In this document: piece by piece, positions 9,469-18,364 of the stretch
Position numbering within the stretch: the stretch's first letter is position 1
How the letters are laid out: each line of letters starts with the position of its first letter
Origin: a virus
IMG/VR virus record: IMGVR_UViG_3300037961_005106
Span: 15,235 to 79,234 of that record
DNA length: 64,000 nucleotides
Direction: 5' to 3' (one strand)
Made by a program: the position numbers and the translations under genes
Notes under the pieces: generated by a model
What the model saw: the letters and a program-made list of their open reading frames with translations, nothing else
Told to the model about the DNA's origin: nothing
Database searches by the model: none

Positions 9469-10400
9469 TTTTTTTTATTGAAGAAAGGTTTAAGTTGAGT
9501 TAATGCTGGAGCAGGGAAAGGAATGAATTCGTTTTCAAGCATAGCTTCAAACAAAGACCAAGCATCGTGTTGGCTATACCTTGTATCTTTGCGATACAGC
9601 TTCCACTTATTAAGAGGAGCCATTTGGCCAGACGTTGTGTAGAGAACTTGGAACTGACCAAGCTCTTGTCCTTCCCCTGGAGGAGCATACGACCAAGCTG
9701 TTGCCTTCTGACTCATCGTGCCACGTGCTGAATCAAATAGAGCAGCCCGTTTAGAAAGGAGTTCTCGCCAACGATTGATCCAAGTCAAGTGTTTACATGT
9801 AGGCTCATAGCCAGGGATTTCGGCTTGGATTTCTTTTAGGTGTAACTTTTGTTGCAAGAAAGAACCACAAGAACATTGAGGAGAATGATCTGGTTCAGTG
9901 GCAACTTCATCTGAATCATCAATACTTAAGGGAGGATTTGGATATAAGACACCATCAGGTGCAACCAAATAGCCAAAAGAATAATCAGGATTTTCTAAGA
10001 AAGCTTTCATGCCTTCTTCGTTTTGAATGTGATCAAGTTTATCTCCCCAACGTTGTTGCATAATTGATTGAGGTAAACGATATGATCCTTGAAATTGATA
10101 GTTCCAACCTTTGAATAAGACATAACAGTTGTTACGCCAAAAGCTTGGCCCCTTTAAATCAGGCCCAAGATATGAAAAGAAGTCAGGACAACGTGAACGA
10201 AAATCTTTGAAAGAATCTTTTACTTTTTGTTTGTCATATTCTTTTTCGGTTCCATCATTGTAAACAACAACCAAGTTGTTATCAACCATACAAATAGCAG
10301 AGATATCTGTATCATCAAAGTCATCAAAGGCTCTTCTAATATTTGAACGGGAATAAATAATAGATTGACCAGAATTAAGTTGTTCAATAGTTGAAGTCAT
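9465..10400 (-). CDS. SWIM zinc-finger-containing protein
   Basis: QCSCGSF...TCKHL. Confidence 0.65.
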   Translation of the reverse strand: MTSTIEQLNSGQSIIYSRSNIRRAFDDFDDTDISAICMVDNNLVVVYNDGTEKEYDKQKVKDSFKDFRSRCPDFFSYLGPDLKGPSFWRNNCYVLFKGWNYQFQGSYRLPQSIMQQRWGDKLDHIQNEEGMKAFLENPDYSFGYLVAPDGVLYPNPPLSIDDSDEVATEPDHSPQCSCGSFLQQKLHLKEIQAEIPGYEPTCKHLTWINRWRELLSKRAALFDSARGTMSQKATAWSYAPPGEGQELGQFQVLYTTSGQMAPLNKWKLYRKDTRYSQHDAWSLFEAMLENEFIPFPAPALTQLKPFFNKKN

Positions 10401-10431
10401 GGTTAGAATGAGTTAAATTAAATTAGATTAA

Positions 10432-10638
10432 ATGGCACTGAGCTTTGAATCAAGTCCAGAAGAAGAGTTCTGGAGTGTACGAATGAATCGTCACATTGAA
10501 GACTGTAGCTCAGTCAGTGAATTAAAGCAGATCGCTACGTTGCTTGTCAAGCTTGCAGCGACCCGCCAGTGCGTGATCAAAGGTCTAGTAAAAGAATCAC
10601 TAGACCGTATGGAATCAGAATTTATTATCGGCTCCTAG
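10432..10638 (+). CDS. NblA-like phycobilisome degradation protein (candidate)
   Basis: SPEEEF..RM..HIEDCSSVSELKQIA..LVK....RQ.VIK.LV fits the NblA helix-loop-helix size and pattern. Confidence 0.5.
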   Translation: MALSFESSPEEEFWSVRMNRHIEDCSSVSELKQIATLLVKLAATRQCVIKGLVKESLDRMESEFIIGS

Positions 10639-11604
10639 ATCATCACGAGATGAACTAAGAACTTGAACTTCTGTTACTCCAGCACGAGATTCAGGAAGAA
10701 TGTTTACTCCTTCCTTAATCCCATACGCCCCATTAAGACGACTAGCATCTTGCTTGGCATGTTGGTTAATGTAGTCATAGTACATCTCTTGGAATTTCCA
10801 AGTCGATTCACGATCTTCATCAGGAATGGAAAGCTTATCGAGAGAAGATAAAGCTACTTCCTGATTCTGATATTCAGGAATGTCAAATGATTCAACAGCG
10901 CAAATTTCAACGTTGTTGTTACCACGCATATCACCAGCAAGAGTGGGGCAAAAGACAGTTGTTGCGTGAAACTTCTCATTGAAATTTAAAGGCACTTCAG
11001 AATCCATGGCACGAGAAAGACACTTTGACATTTCTTTCTCATACAGTTTGATCTTCTCAGATAAATCTGTACCATTAAGACCTTTAAGCGTTAAGACCAT
11101 AGGGATCTTATGCGCACGTTTATTTTCTTTGGTAAGAATGTAAACAAGGTATTTAGTACGTACTGCATACTTACGCTTGTACATTTCATTCTTACTATTA
11201 GCAAGATCAGAAGCAGTTTTATCTGCATCCCAAAGTTCTTTAACGTCAGGATCGTTAAAGATTCCAATTATCTGACGCATGCCAGATGTTTCTTCGATCA
11301 TTAATGGTGAACGAAGGAGGATTTGGAGTCGTGGTGATTGGAGGTTGAGGCCGAGTTCTTTGCTGGTGTTTGGTGGCATGCCAAATGCATGCTCGTAGTC
11401 AAAGATAATGGAGCCTTTGTCAAAGTCACTGGGATCTGCAGTCCAACTGCAAGAGTCAAGATCTGTGTTGCGAATAAACCAACCACGTTTCTTTGATTTG
11501 TTGAGAGGTTGAATAGTAATTAAATTTTGGTATCCAGAAACAAATTTTTTGTCGCTGAATAAAGCAAACGAATCAATGTTGCGTTTAGCAAGAGCGCTTG
11601 TCAT
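10615..11604 (-). CDS. DUF5895-like protein (cyanobacterial, replication/recombination context)
   Basis: GWFI, PRLQIL.RSPL, YLVYIL...N...H.IP..LTLKG. Confidence 0.6.
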   Translation of the reverse strand: MTSALAKRNIDSFALFSDKKFVSGYQNLITIQPLNKSKKRGWFIRNTDLDSCSWTADPSDFDKGSIIFDYEHAFGMPPNTSKELGLNLQSPRLQILLRSPLMIEETSGMRQIIGIFNDPDVKELWDADKTASDLANSKNEMYKRKYAVRTKYLVYILTKENKRAHKIPMVLTLKGLNGTDLSEKIKLYEKEMSKCLSRAMDSEVPLNFNEKFHATTVFCPTLAGDMRGNNNVEICAVESFDIPEYQNQEVALSSLDKLSIPDEDRESTWKFQEMYYDYINQHAKQDASRLNGAYGIKEGVNILPESRAGVTEVQVLSSSRDDLGADNKF

Positions 11605-11634
11605 AGTGAATTCGTAGTGTGTTCGGTGTGTGAA

Positions 11635-11666
11635 ATCTGGGCCTTACCTCTATAGAGTGCCCAGAT
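11635..11666 (-). repeat. Family I structured spacer element, copy 2
   Basis: AUCUGGG-CA-CUCUAUAGAG-GUAAGG-CCCAGAU. Confidence 0.8.
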
Positions 11667-11680
11667 GTGTGTAGCTTAGC

Positions 11681-12544
11681 TCAGAATGGTTCCTTTGAGT
11701 CGTTGATGTTTAGATTGTTGTCGGGCAAAGGAGGTAAACCATTTGTGTTTGCTCCCCATGGCTCAGCAATTGCCATTGGTTCTTTAGGTTCCGCAATAGC
11801 TGCCTGATGAGGTGACTCAGGTGTTGTTGATTCTGCAGTGCGTCCACCCCATAAAGATTTAGGTGCAGAGTCATTAGCAATTGTTGTTGTTGATTTGATT
11901 GCGTTAGAAGTAACATCAGTCTTAGGTGCCAATGTCATTTGTTTCATTTGAATCTTTGTGTTGTACCGTTGTTGTTTTGAATTGTGATCAAACCAACTAT
12001 CAGTTACAAGCTGCCCCTGGATGGTAATACCAGTTCCTTTCTTGCAAAGATTAACCAAAAGCTCTGCCGGTTTAAAAGCATCATCAACTTTATTCATTGA
12101 TGTGAAGTTAAACAAGTCAGCAGCCATTTTGCCCTTGGTAACAGTCATACTCATATTGGCAATCATCAAACCACTGTCAGTTGTTTTGAATGTCATTGGA
12201 TTAGTAACATCAGGATCTTTTGCAATCCGGCCTGTCAAGATAACTGAGTTATAAATAGGGAATGAATCATCAACAACAGCAGGGTTACCACTGTGTAAAG
12301 AATGCTCACGTGCTTCTAAATCATGATGCAGTTTTGCACCATAGATAAACAAACAAGTTCCTGCTTTGATTAGTGAACGCCAGCGAGCCTGGTCCTGATA
12401 GATGTGATAGTACACCTCTGTTGGTGCTTTATTTGCACTAACAGGAGGCAGTTGTACTTTTACTTTCAAAGCAGTACGAGAGGAATCCAAATAGATTTCT
12501 TTCGGTTCTTCAGTCGCTTGAGCACAAACAAAAACTTGATTCAT
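11681..12544 (-). CDS. ssb: Single-stranded DNA-binding protein (tandem OB folds)
   Basis: NSVILTGRIAKDP, KKGTGITIQGQL.TDSW; C-terminal KEPF tail. Confidence 0.8.
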   Translation of the reverse strand: MNQVFVCAQATEEPKEIYLDSSRTALKVKVQLPPVSANKAPTEVYYHIYQDQARWRSLIKAGTCLFIYGAKLHHDLEAREHSLHSGNPAVVDDSFPIYNSVILTGRIAKDPDVTNPMTFKTTDSGLMIANMSMTVTKGKMAADLFNFTSMNKVDDAFKPAELLVNLCKKGTGITIQGQLVTDSWFDHNSKQQRYNTKIQMKQMTLAPKTDVTSNAIKSTTTIANDSAPKSLWGGRTAESTTPESPHQAAIAEPKEPMAIAEPWGANTNGLPPLPDNNLNINDSKEPF

Positions 12545-12568
12545 GATTTTAAAGTTGGATCAGAAAAG

Positions 12569-12596
12569 CTAGGACTTACATCGTAAGAATGCCTAG
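12569..12596 (-). repeat. Family I structured spacer element, copy 3
   Basis: CUAGG-CA-UUCUUACGAU-GUAAGU-CCUAG. Confidence 0.85.
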
Positions 12597-12599
12597 TAA

Positions 12600-14462
12600 T
12601 CAGTGTGTATCGTACCAGGTATAACCAGTCTTGGCATCACCTTCAATCTTGCATTGAAAGTTAAATGCTTCACCAGCAGCAGGAAAAGCATTCAAAGCAA
12701 GACGAATAATTTCATTTTCAATGCCTGGTCTACAGCTCAATTGAATTTCGTCATGAATCATTCCGTGTTGATGCCAGTCTTGTCCATAGACTAAGCCAGC
12801 ACTACTGAGATTCTTATGGATATTAATGACAACTTGTTTCATTAAAATTGCACCACAAGATTGCAACAAAACATTTAAAGCTTTGAAATCAGAGCGACAA
12901 TAAAGAGGACGCTTATCTAAACCAAGAAGATAACCACGACCAATTAAATTCTCAGCAAGTTTATTCTTTAGTTTTTGTAATGCTGGCACACCATTCATGA
13001 ACGATTGGATAGCAGCTTTGCCTAATTGTTTAAGGGCATCAGGATCCTTTTCATTAGGATCCACGATGCTACCTGCCTTAAGAAATCCAGCTCCATAAAG
13101 AACTGCATAAAGAAGTCGCTTGCTAATATCTCTAGTTTCAACACCAAACTTTTCTTGGTTATAAGTATGGATGTCTACTGAATCATCAGTAACCATTTGT
13201 CCATACTCTCCATCATCCCAGAATGCTAAATACCCAGCAAGACAACGTAATTCCAAGGCTTTAGCATCAGAACCAATAAGGATCCAATCGTCAGGAGCAT
13301 GAAATAATGAACGGCATTCCTTTCCATATGGACTATAAGCTGCGGGAATTTGAGCAGTATTTGGGTTGCGGTGGCTACACCGGCCAGTAATACAACCATT
13401 AGTAACCACGTCGCCGTGAATATAACCATCGGGAGAGACAAGCTTGATCCAAGCGTTGTTGCCATCTTTAATTTGACCTAACCGTTTCTTAAGTAACATG
13501 TATTCTGCCAGAGGTTTAGCTTCTGGATATGGAAGTTTTTCTAAGACATCGTCATTTAATACAGGGTTACCCTTCTCAGTTCTTGTCTCAGGAATCCAAC
13601 CGTATTTATTCTTTAAACGCTGAACAATTTGTTGACGTGATCCTGGATTAAACTTCTCTATTCTTTTCTTACAAAAGGGTACGTCTTTTACATAGCCACG
13701 GGAAGCATTGTTTACCTTGGGAGTAAACCATTCCTCATGTTCAATTGGTGGAAAAAGATTAACTAATTCTGTTTCGAGTTTTGTTTTGAGATGCTCAAGT
13801 TCATCCACAAAAGCAAGAGCTGCATCAATATCAAAAGGAAAACCTGATCGAATTTGTCTCTCAATACATGATGCAAAGGTGTGTTCAAGTTCGAGACAAG
13901 TTGTTGCGATTGTTTGCTTTTGGATGTGCTCAAGTAGTTTTGTTGTGACATTGACGTCTTGAATACAGTAGGACAACATCTCTTCAGAAAAAGCCGAGAA
14001 ATCTTTAAAGTCGATCTTGTAGTCGGATAACCTGTAACCCCAAGCTTTGAGTGAAGCTGACCCTTTGAGTCCACCAGGCACACGTGTGTATGAATTTGTA
14101 TCTGACTCAAGTAACTTTTCTTTCGGCCAAATGAGTCGTGTGCAGATGAGTGTGTCGATGACATGCTGTGTGTTTAGTTTGAAGTTGGGAGCTAGCTTTT
14201 GTAAGACAGGAATGTCGTAGAAAATTATATTGTGTCCGATAAGAGCATCGGCGCTATTGAGAGAATCAATAGCATCATTAATAGTATCAGGCCCGTAAGT
14301 AAAAGTTTGTTGTCGTGTGACATCGTAGATAACGATGCAGAAGATTTTAGTAACATCATCATAGAGTCCGTCAGTTTCTATATCGAATACATACCATTTA
14401 TCATTTAAAGAATTTGGCTTCAGGCTGAACTGATAACTCTTTTGAAGCGAGGTTACTGTCAT
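12600..14462 (-). CDS. polA: DNA polymerase family A, T7 gp5-like, with 3'-5' exonuclease
   Basis: Exo DIETDG, GHNIIFYD, YCIQDV; motif A DAKALELR; motif B KRLLYAVLYG (Tyr at the 762-equivalent position); motif C HDEIQ. Confidence 0.95.
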   Translation of the reverse strand: MTVTSLQKSYQFSLKPNSLNDKWYVFDIETDGLYDDVTKIFCIVIYDVTRQQTFTYGPDTINDAIDSLNSADALIGHNIIFYDIPVLQKLAPNFKLNTQHVIDTLICTRLIWPKEKLLESDTNSYTRVPGGLKGSASLKAWGYRLSDYKIDFKDFSAFSEEMLSYCIQDVNVTTKLLEHIQKQTIATTCLELEHTFASCIERQIRSGFPFDIDAALAFVDELEHLKTKLETELVNLFPPIEHEEWFTPKVNNASRGYVKDVPFCKKRIEKFNPGSRQQIVQRLKNKYGWIPETRTEKGNPVLNDDVLEKLPYPEAKPLAEYMLLKKRLGQIKDGNNAWIKLVSPDGYIHGDVVTNGCITGRCSHRNPNTAQIPAAYSPYGKECRSLFHAPDDWILIGSDAKALELRCLAGYLAFWDDGEYGQMVTDDSVDIHTYNQEKFGVETRDISKRLLYAVLYGAGFLKAGSIVDPNEKDPDALKQLGKAAIQSFMNGVPALQKLKNKLAENLIGRGYLLGLDKRPLYCRSDFKALNVLLQSCGAILMKQVVINIHKNLSSAGLVYGQDWHQHGMIHDEIQLSCRPGIENEIIRLALNAFPAAGEAFNFQCKIEGDAKTGYTWYDTH

Positions 14463-14685
14463 TTTTGTTAATCCAATTGAGTATATTCATAGCACCTGTC
14501 TTGGTTGGAGAACAAAATGCTTTTGAAATTTGAGAGTCTTTTGTTATTGGAATTAACTCAAAGACTTTGGCATCAACGTTGGGAGTGATTGCATGAGGTA
14601 TCCCTTTCAAATATGTAGTAATTAAGTACGACACAAAAAGAATTGCAGGACACATAAATAATACGCATCCTGCAAAAAAGTGCAA
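14401..14685 (-). CDS. Hypothetical protein
   Basis: ORF track; fills the gap between the Gp88-like gene and polA. Confidence 0.45.
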   Translation of the reverse strand: MHFFAGCVLFMCPAILFVSYLITTYLKGIPHAITPNVDAKVFELIPITKDSQISKAFCSPTKTGAMNILNWINKNDSNLASKELSVQPEAKFFK

Positions 14686-14689
14686 CTAA

Positions 14690-15460
14690 TTATTTTGAAT
14701 ATCCTGTCCAGGTTCCCTCACGTTTGCGTGCATTTAATGCAGCTTGCGCAGCAGATCCCTTGCGTTGAACACCATGAACAAGTAGAGCAAAGGGTTTATC
14801 ACCAAAGCAATGACTATCATCATGGTCAATCTCTAAACCAAGATCAGCAGCTTCTTGTTCTGTATAAACTACATGAGCGATGCGCTTAAAGACATGCCCG
14901 TATCTGGAAAGGAGAGGATCGAGATTACCCCCAACTGAAGCAGTGAGAAACAGGTTAGAAGGAATGTCATCTTGATTGTTGAGCCAGTAGCTAAGTTGTT
15001 TTGTGTAGGCATAGAACTTAATTTCAGGGTGTTGACGAGCAACTTCGAGCCAAGCTTTGAAATAGATTTCAGACCAGAAATCACCTGACTCATGGATGCG
15101 ACACAAGTTATATTTAACTTTGTTTTTATTATGCTGCCATATGCCATATGCAATTGTATCTTCTAATGCACCTTGAGGATTTTGTACGCCTTCGCCATAA
15201 AGAGTTTCTTTAATGGCATCCCAATTGTGCCAACGTGCATCGCGGCATGGTTTGCTACGTGCTTCAGACATTGCAGCAAAACATCTGTACTCCTCACCAG
15301 TAGCATGAGCTGATTGTGGCAAGTCACGAATCGTACCTGTAGTTCTGTCTGCAAAAGTTTTGCAATGACCAGCATTAGGACAGGTGTAACCCGCTGGTAA
15401 AGAAAAGATTAGACGTTTACCAAGCTTGGCATTGCCTGTAGAGAACTTTAGGATGTGCAT
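14690..15460 (-). CDS. Gp88-like Cys-rich protein (start reassigned to ATG 15460)
   Basis: GNAKL, FSLPAGYTCP..G.C, CFA, RIHESGDF, YAYTK; the longer ORF-track start runs through a family I element. Confidence 0.7.
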   Translation of the reverse strand: MHILKFSTGNAKLGKRLIFSLPAGYTCPNAGHCKTFADRTTGTIRDLPQSAHATGEEYRCFAAMSEARSKPCRDARWHNWDAIKETLYGEGVQNPQGALEDTIAYGIWQHNKNKVKYNLCRIHESGDFWSEIYFKAWLEVARQHPEIKFYAYTKQLSYWLNNQDDIPSNLFLTASVGGNLDPLLSRYGHVFKRIAHVVYTEQEAADLGLEIDHDDSHCFGDKPFALLVHGVQRKGSAAQAALNARKREGTWTGYSK

Positions 15461-15482
15461 GAGATGAAATGAAGTGGATTGA

Positions 15483-15520
15483 ATGGGACTTACAACACAC
15501 ATTACTGTGTGTATGCCCAT
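15483..15520 (-). repeat. Family I structured spacer element, copy 4
   Basis: AUGGG-CA-UACACACAGUAAUGUGUGUU-GUAAGU-CCCAU. Confidence 0.85.
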
Positions 15521-15524
15521 GAGT

Positions 15525-15950
15525 TTAACTACAATACTCTGTATTTTGTTCTCTTTGGTATTGAGTCATAATTCTTTTTGCTTTCCAAACAGCAGCATCA
15601 TTAATAAATTTATCAAGGGTGCAACCAATTAAAGCAGCAGCTTCTCTCATATCTTTTAACTCTTGTGCTTCAAACTTTACAGTAACTTTAGTCTTTATTT
15701 CTTTAGCTTTTACCCAATCAATATTCTCTTTTACCCAATCATCAACTTCTTTTTTAACGTAATAGTTTGAGCCTTTGGAACCAGGGTTAACAGGCGAAGG
15801 AAAGATACCTTCTTTTGTCTTACGAATCAAAGTGAATCGTGACATTAGTGTCAAGTCAAGTACTTGTTGCGTTGTGTAAAAATTCGATCGCTCTTTCCCC
15901 CTGGGTATGGTTGAAGAAACAGCAGCGTGAAATTGATTTTCTGGAAGCAT
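15525..15950 (-). CDS. AlpA-like HTH regulator with a C-terminal ribbon-helix-helix-like region
   Basis: QVLDLT.MSR.TL.R..KEG.FPSPV......Y...EV..W; VTVKF...E....REAA...G.TL.KFI. Confidence 0.65.
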   Translation of the reverse strand: MLPENQFHAAVSSTIPRGKERSNFYTTQQVLDLTLMSRFTLIRKTKEGIFPSPVNPGSKGSNYYVKKEVDDWVKENIDWVKAKEIKTKVTVKFEAQELKDMREAAALIGCTLDKFINDAAVWKAKRIMTQYQREQNTEYCS

Positions 15951-15980
15951 GATGGATTGATTTGGTCTAGGATAAAGGAA

Positions 15981-16031
15981 CGTTCACCTCAGTGCGAGGC
16001 GCAATTCACTAGGCAAGGAACGGGGCCTAGG
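15981..16031 (+). ncRNA. Glutamine-II (Downstream-peptide) riboswitch
   Basis: CGUUC/GAACG P1, CCUC/GAGG P2, CGCA linker, pseudoknot CUAGGC(16009-14)/GCCUAG(16025-30), GGAACGGGG core; directly upstream of an LTYRGV.Y peptide. Confidence 0.85.
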
Positions 16032-16049
16032 CTTTAGCGGAGAACTCTC

Positions 16050-16193
16050 ATGCAACTCACCTACCGTGGGGTTAAGTACCAGGCACAGACTGGTTTGATG
16101 GCTCATCTTCTCAAAAAACATGAGGAAGAGTTACGTGCAAAAAAAGAATTAGCACGTGACAAAGAGTCCATGAAAGCAACCTCAGTCTTTTAA
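16050..16193 (+). CDS. DUF4278 family small protein, 47 aa (not in ORF track)
   Basis: Hand translation MQLTYRGVKYQAQTGLMAHLLKKHEEELRAKKELARDKESMKATSVF; GGAG upstream. Confidence 0.85.
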   Translation: MQLTYRGVKYQAQTGLMAHLLKKHEEELRAKKELARDKESMKATSVF

Positions 16194-16387
16194 GACCAAG
16201 GCCAGCTTAACTCAACGTCAGCTTGCCAGACATCTGGATCAATCTGACGTTCACTAACATATTGATTGAATAGGCGTTTCATTTCTTCTAATGAGATGCC
16301 TATTTCTTTTGCTTTAACGGCTACATTAGTTTGCCCACGGTAGATAAGATCAAGAGCATCTTCCAAAGAGGTTACAGTCTTGTGCAT
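16190..16387 (-). CDS. Hypothetical protein
   Basis: ORF track; HTH-like AKEIGISLEEMKR. Confidence 0.55.
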   Translation of the reverse strand: MHKTVTSLEDALDLIYRGQTNVAVKAKEIGISLEEMKRLFNQYVSERQIDPDVWQADVELSWPWS

Positions 16388-16844
16388 CAGGAGTCATGTA
16401 CTCAGGAATATCAAAATCACAACAGTCATTCTCTTGGTGATAATGCTTACAGTTTAAACATATAATTGCTTTCTTGTTTAAATATTTTCCAGCATCTGCT
16501 TCAGGAAGTTCAATCGTTGTAATGCGATAATCACAAGCCTGGCATTGCTTTTGTCGTCGTCGATAACCACTACCATTTAATCTGCTTTCAATAACTTTTA
16601 GAAAACGCCTCCCACAATTGGGACACTTTTCCATGATGGATGCTCTTGCTGCTTTGAGTTGATCTGCTGTTGGCATTACAAAAGGTTTACGAGAAAAAAT
16701 ACCTGAGCATTGTCGTGAACAAAAAATTTTAAGACGCCCACGTTTTATGTTTGCTTTATGCAACCACTTTGAACGTTTAAAAAGTTTTCCACAACACTCA
16801 CATTTCAGTTGAAGCTCACTTTTATTTAACAGAGTGTGTTCCAC
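16350..16844 (-). CDS. Multi zinc-finger protein with an NrdR-like Zn ribbon
   Basis: CECC..FCSRQC; CPNCG...VIESR.....RRRQKQCQACDYRITTIE; CLNC..CC..C. Confidence 0.65.
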   Translation of the reverse strand: MEHTLLNKSELQLKCECCGKLFKRSKWLHKANIKRGRLKIFCSRQCSGIFSRKPFVMPTADQLKAARASIMEKCPNCGRRFLKVIESRLNGSGYRRRQKQCQACDYRITTIELPEADAGKYLNKKAIICLNCKHYHQENDCCDFDIPEYMTPDAQDCNLFGRCS

Positions 16845-17500
16845 ATTGCCTCCGAAATAATTGGAAACTGCTGCATAAAAATTGTTTTACATTTTTGAGC
16901 AATCTCTTTGTGTTCTTCTTGCGTACCGTTGGCGGTGCGAAGATCAATGTAATGAAGCCAAGAACGAAGAGTACCATTCATGTACATTTTTGTAGGGGCA
17001 TTAGGCAAGACAGAACGAGCACATTCTTTTGCAATGCCGTCACTTAACATCTCTTGGTATAGATGTTCAGCATCTTCAAAGAGAACGCCAATGCGACGGT
17101 AATACTCAGAGACTTTAGGTTTACCTAAACGTTCTTCTAAATCATCAAATGATTTTTGACGATTCTTCAGATCTTGTGAGCGTAAATGTGGAATCAATGG
17201 ACGACCAATTTCATTTGTATTGGCATAGCGTTGTGAAAATTCCTGGAATGAAAATGATCTGTGCCTTAATATTTGAGGACTAATTGTCCGTGTAGTGTGT
17301 ACTTCTAAGCACATGTTGGCCATTTCAAAAGGAGACCAATGGCCATGTTTAATTAAATAACGTAAGAGCTTTGGACCTGTGTCCATGTTGTCTTCGTTTC
17401 TTGGAGCTGAGACTCTTGCAGTACGTACGATCATACGCTCTGCTTCATCAGTACGCCAAACTAATGAGACGGTGTGAGGTGAGAACATAGCGGATGTCAA
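16826..17500 (-). CDS. thyX: Flavin-dependent thymidylate synthase
   Basis: HWSPFE, QILRHRSFSFQEFSQRY, ECARSVLP, LR...TQ.EH. Confidence 0.95.
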   Translation of the reverse strand: MTSAMFSPHTVSLVWRTDEAERMIVRTARVSAPRNEDNMDTGPKLLRYLIKHGHWSPFEMANMCLEVHTTRTISPQILRHRSFSFQEFSQRYANTNEIGRPLIPHLRSQDLKNRQKSFDDLEERLGKPKVSEYYRRIGVLFEDAEHLYQEMLSDGIAKECARSVLPNAPTKMYMNGTLRSWLHYIDLRTANGTQEEHKEIAQKCKTIFMQQFPIISEAMWNTLC

Positions 17501-17784
17501 TTGATTTTCTCTCGTTCATTCTTAACAACTGCGTCGATTGCTGCCTGATTAGGAGCTAAAGCAATACGCATTGTCATATGCCATTCAGAAGAGGATGAAC
17601 CATCCCATTGAATGAGGAGCCAAGGCATAAGAGTGCCCCTTGCATTTGATTTGTATTGAACTTCGTGGACAGTACCTAGCTTTGTTCTTGGAGGAAGAGC
17701 GCCTTTAATGTTGCTCATCATTGATCTAGGTTTGTGGATGACTCGGTCACCAACATTGAATTGAACTTGTTTGCGTTTAGTCAT
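17497..17784 (-). CDS. Hypothetical SH3/KOW-like protein
   Basis: FNVGDRV...GTV..V...IQWDG. Confidence 0.55.
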   Translation of the reverse strand: MTKRKQVQFNVGDRVIHKPRSMMSNIKGALPPRTKLGTVHEVQYKSNARGTLMPWLLIQWDGSSSSEWHMTMRIALAPNQAAIDAVVKNEREKIN

Positions 17785-17940
17785 TGAGAATTAGTATGCA
17801 GAGAAATACCCGGCTGCAGCAACAACCGGGTAAGTAGTACACGCCCCTACCGAAGGATAGATCAGGTGCTAAGGCTGATCTGGACGTATCTTAGTGAGTG
17901 CAATTAGGTGGGTCAAGTTGAAAAGTATTAAGTTAATTGT

Positions 17941-18028
17941 TGGTAGGAGTGGCGAGACTTGAACTCGCACGGCCATAGTGGCCCACAGATTTTAAGTCTG
18001 ATGTGTCTACCGATTCCACCACACTCCC
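17941..18028 (-). tRNA. trnL: tRNA-Leu(UAA) with encoded CCA
   Basis: GGGAGTG/CACTCCT acceptor, GGAATCGGTAGAC D-arm, CTTAAAA anticodon loop, long variable arm GGCCACTATGGCC, GCGAG-TTCAAGT-CTCGC T-arm, ACCA end. Confidence 0.95.
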
Positions 18029-18031
18029 AGG

Positions 18032-18068
18032 CTAGGACTTACACCAAAACTTTGTATTGGATGCCTAG
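18032..18068 (-). repeat. Family I structured spacer element, copy 5 (3 nt before the tRNA 5' end)
   Basis: CUAGG-CA-UCCAAUACAAAGUUUUGGU-GUAAGU-CCUAG. Confidence 0.85.
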
Positions 18069-18082
18069 ACGGTTACCTTTGT

Positions 18083-18364
18083 TTACTCATCGAGTTGCCA
18101 GTCAAGATCTAATTCTTCTAAGAATTGAATCTTGTCATAGTCAGTACCATCAATAGGTGGTGGTAGATCATCATGTTCTAGTGAAAAGCATGCACTACAA
18201 ATCCCTGGGCCATACTCTGCAGGATGTGCAAGCTCTGGTGGATTGTAACAAGGAGCAAGTGTTTGCACCATGTTATCAATTTGGGCAGTAGCAATCCAGT
18301 GAGTAGTTCCATTAGAGTCTGTTTGATCTAAATCAATGTCGTAAACAAGAAGAATAAGTTTCAT
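18083..18364 (-). CDS. Hypothetical acidic protein
   Basis: PAEYGPGIC motif; ATGA coupling. Confidence 0.6.
   Translation of the reverse strand: MKLILLVYDIDLDQTDSNGTTHWIATAQIDNMVQTLAPCYNPPELAHPAEYGPGICSACFSLEHDDLPPPIDGTDYDKIQFLEELDLDWQLDE

Noticed and set aside
16009-16030. CTAGGC/GCCTAG pair as another family I copy
   Set aside because: It lacks GUAAGU and is explained as the riboswitch pseudoknot
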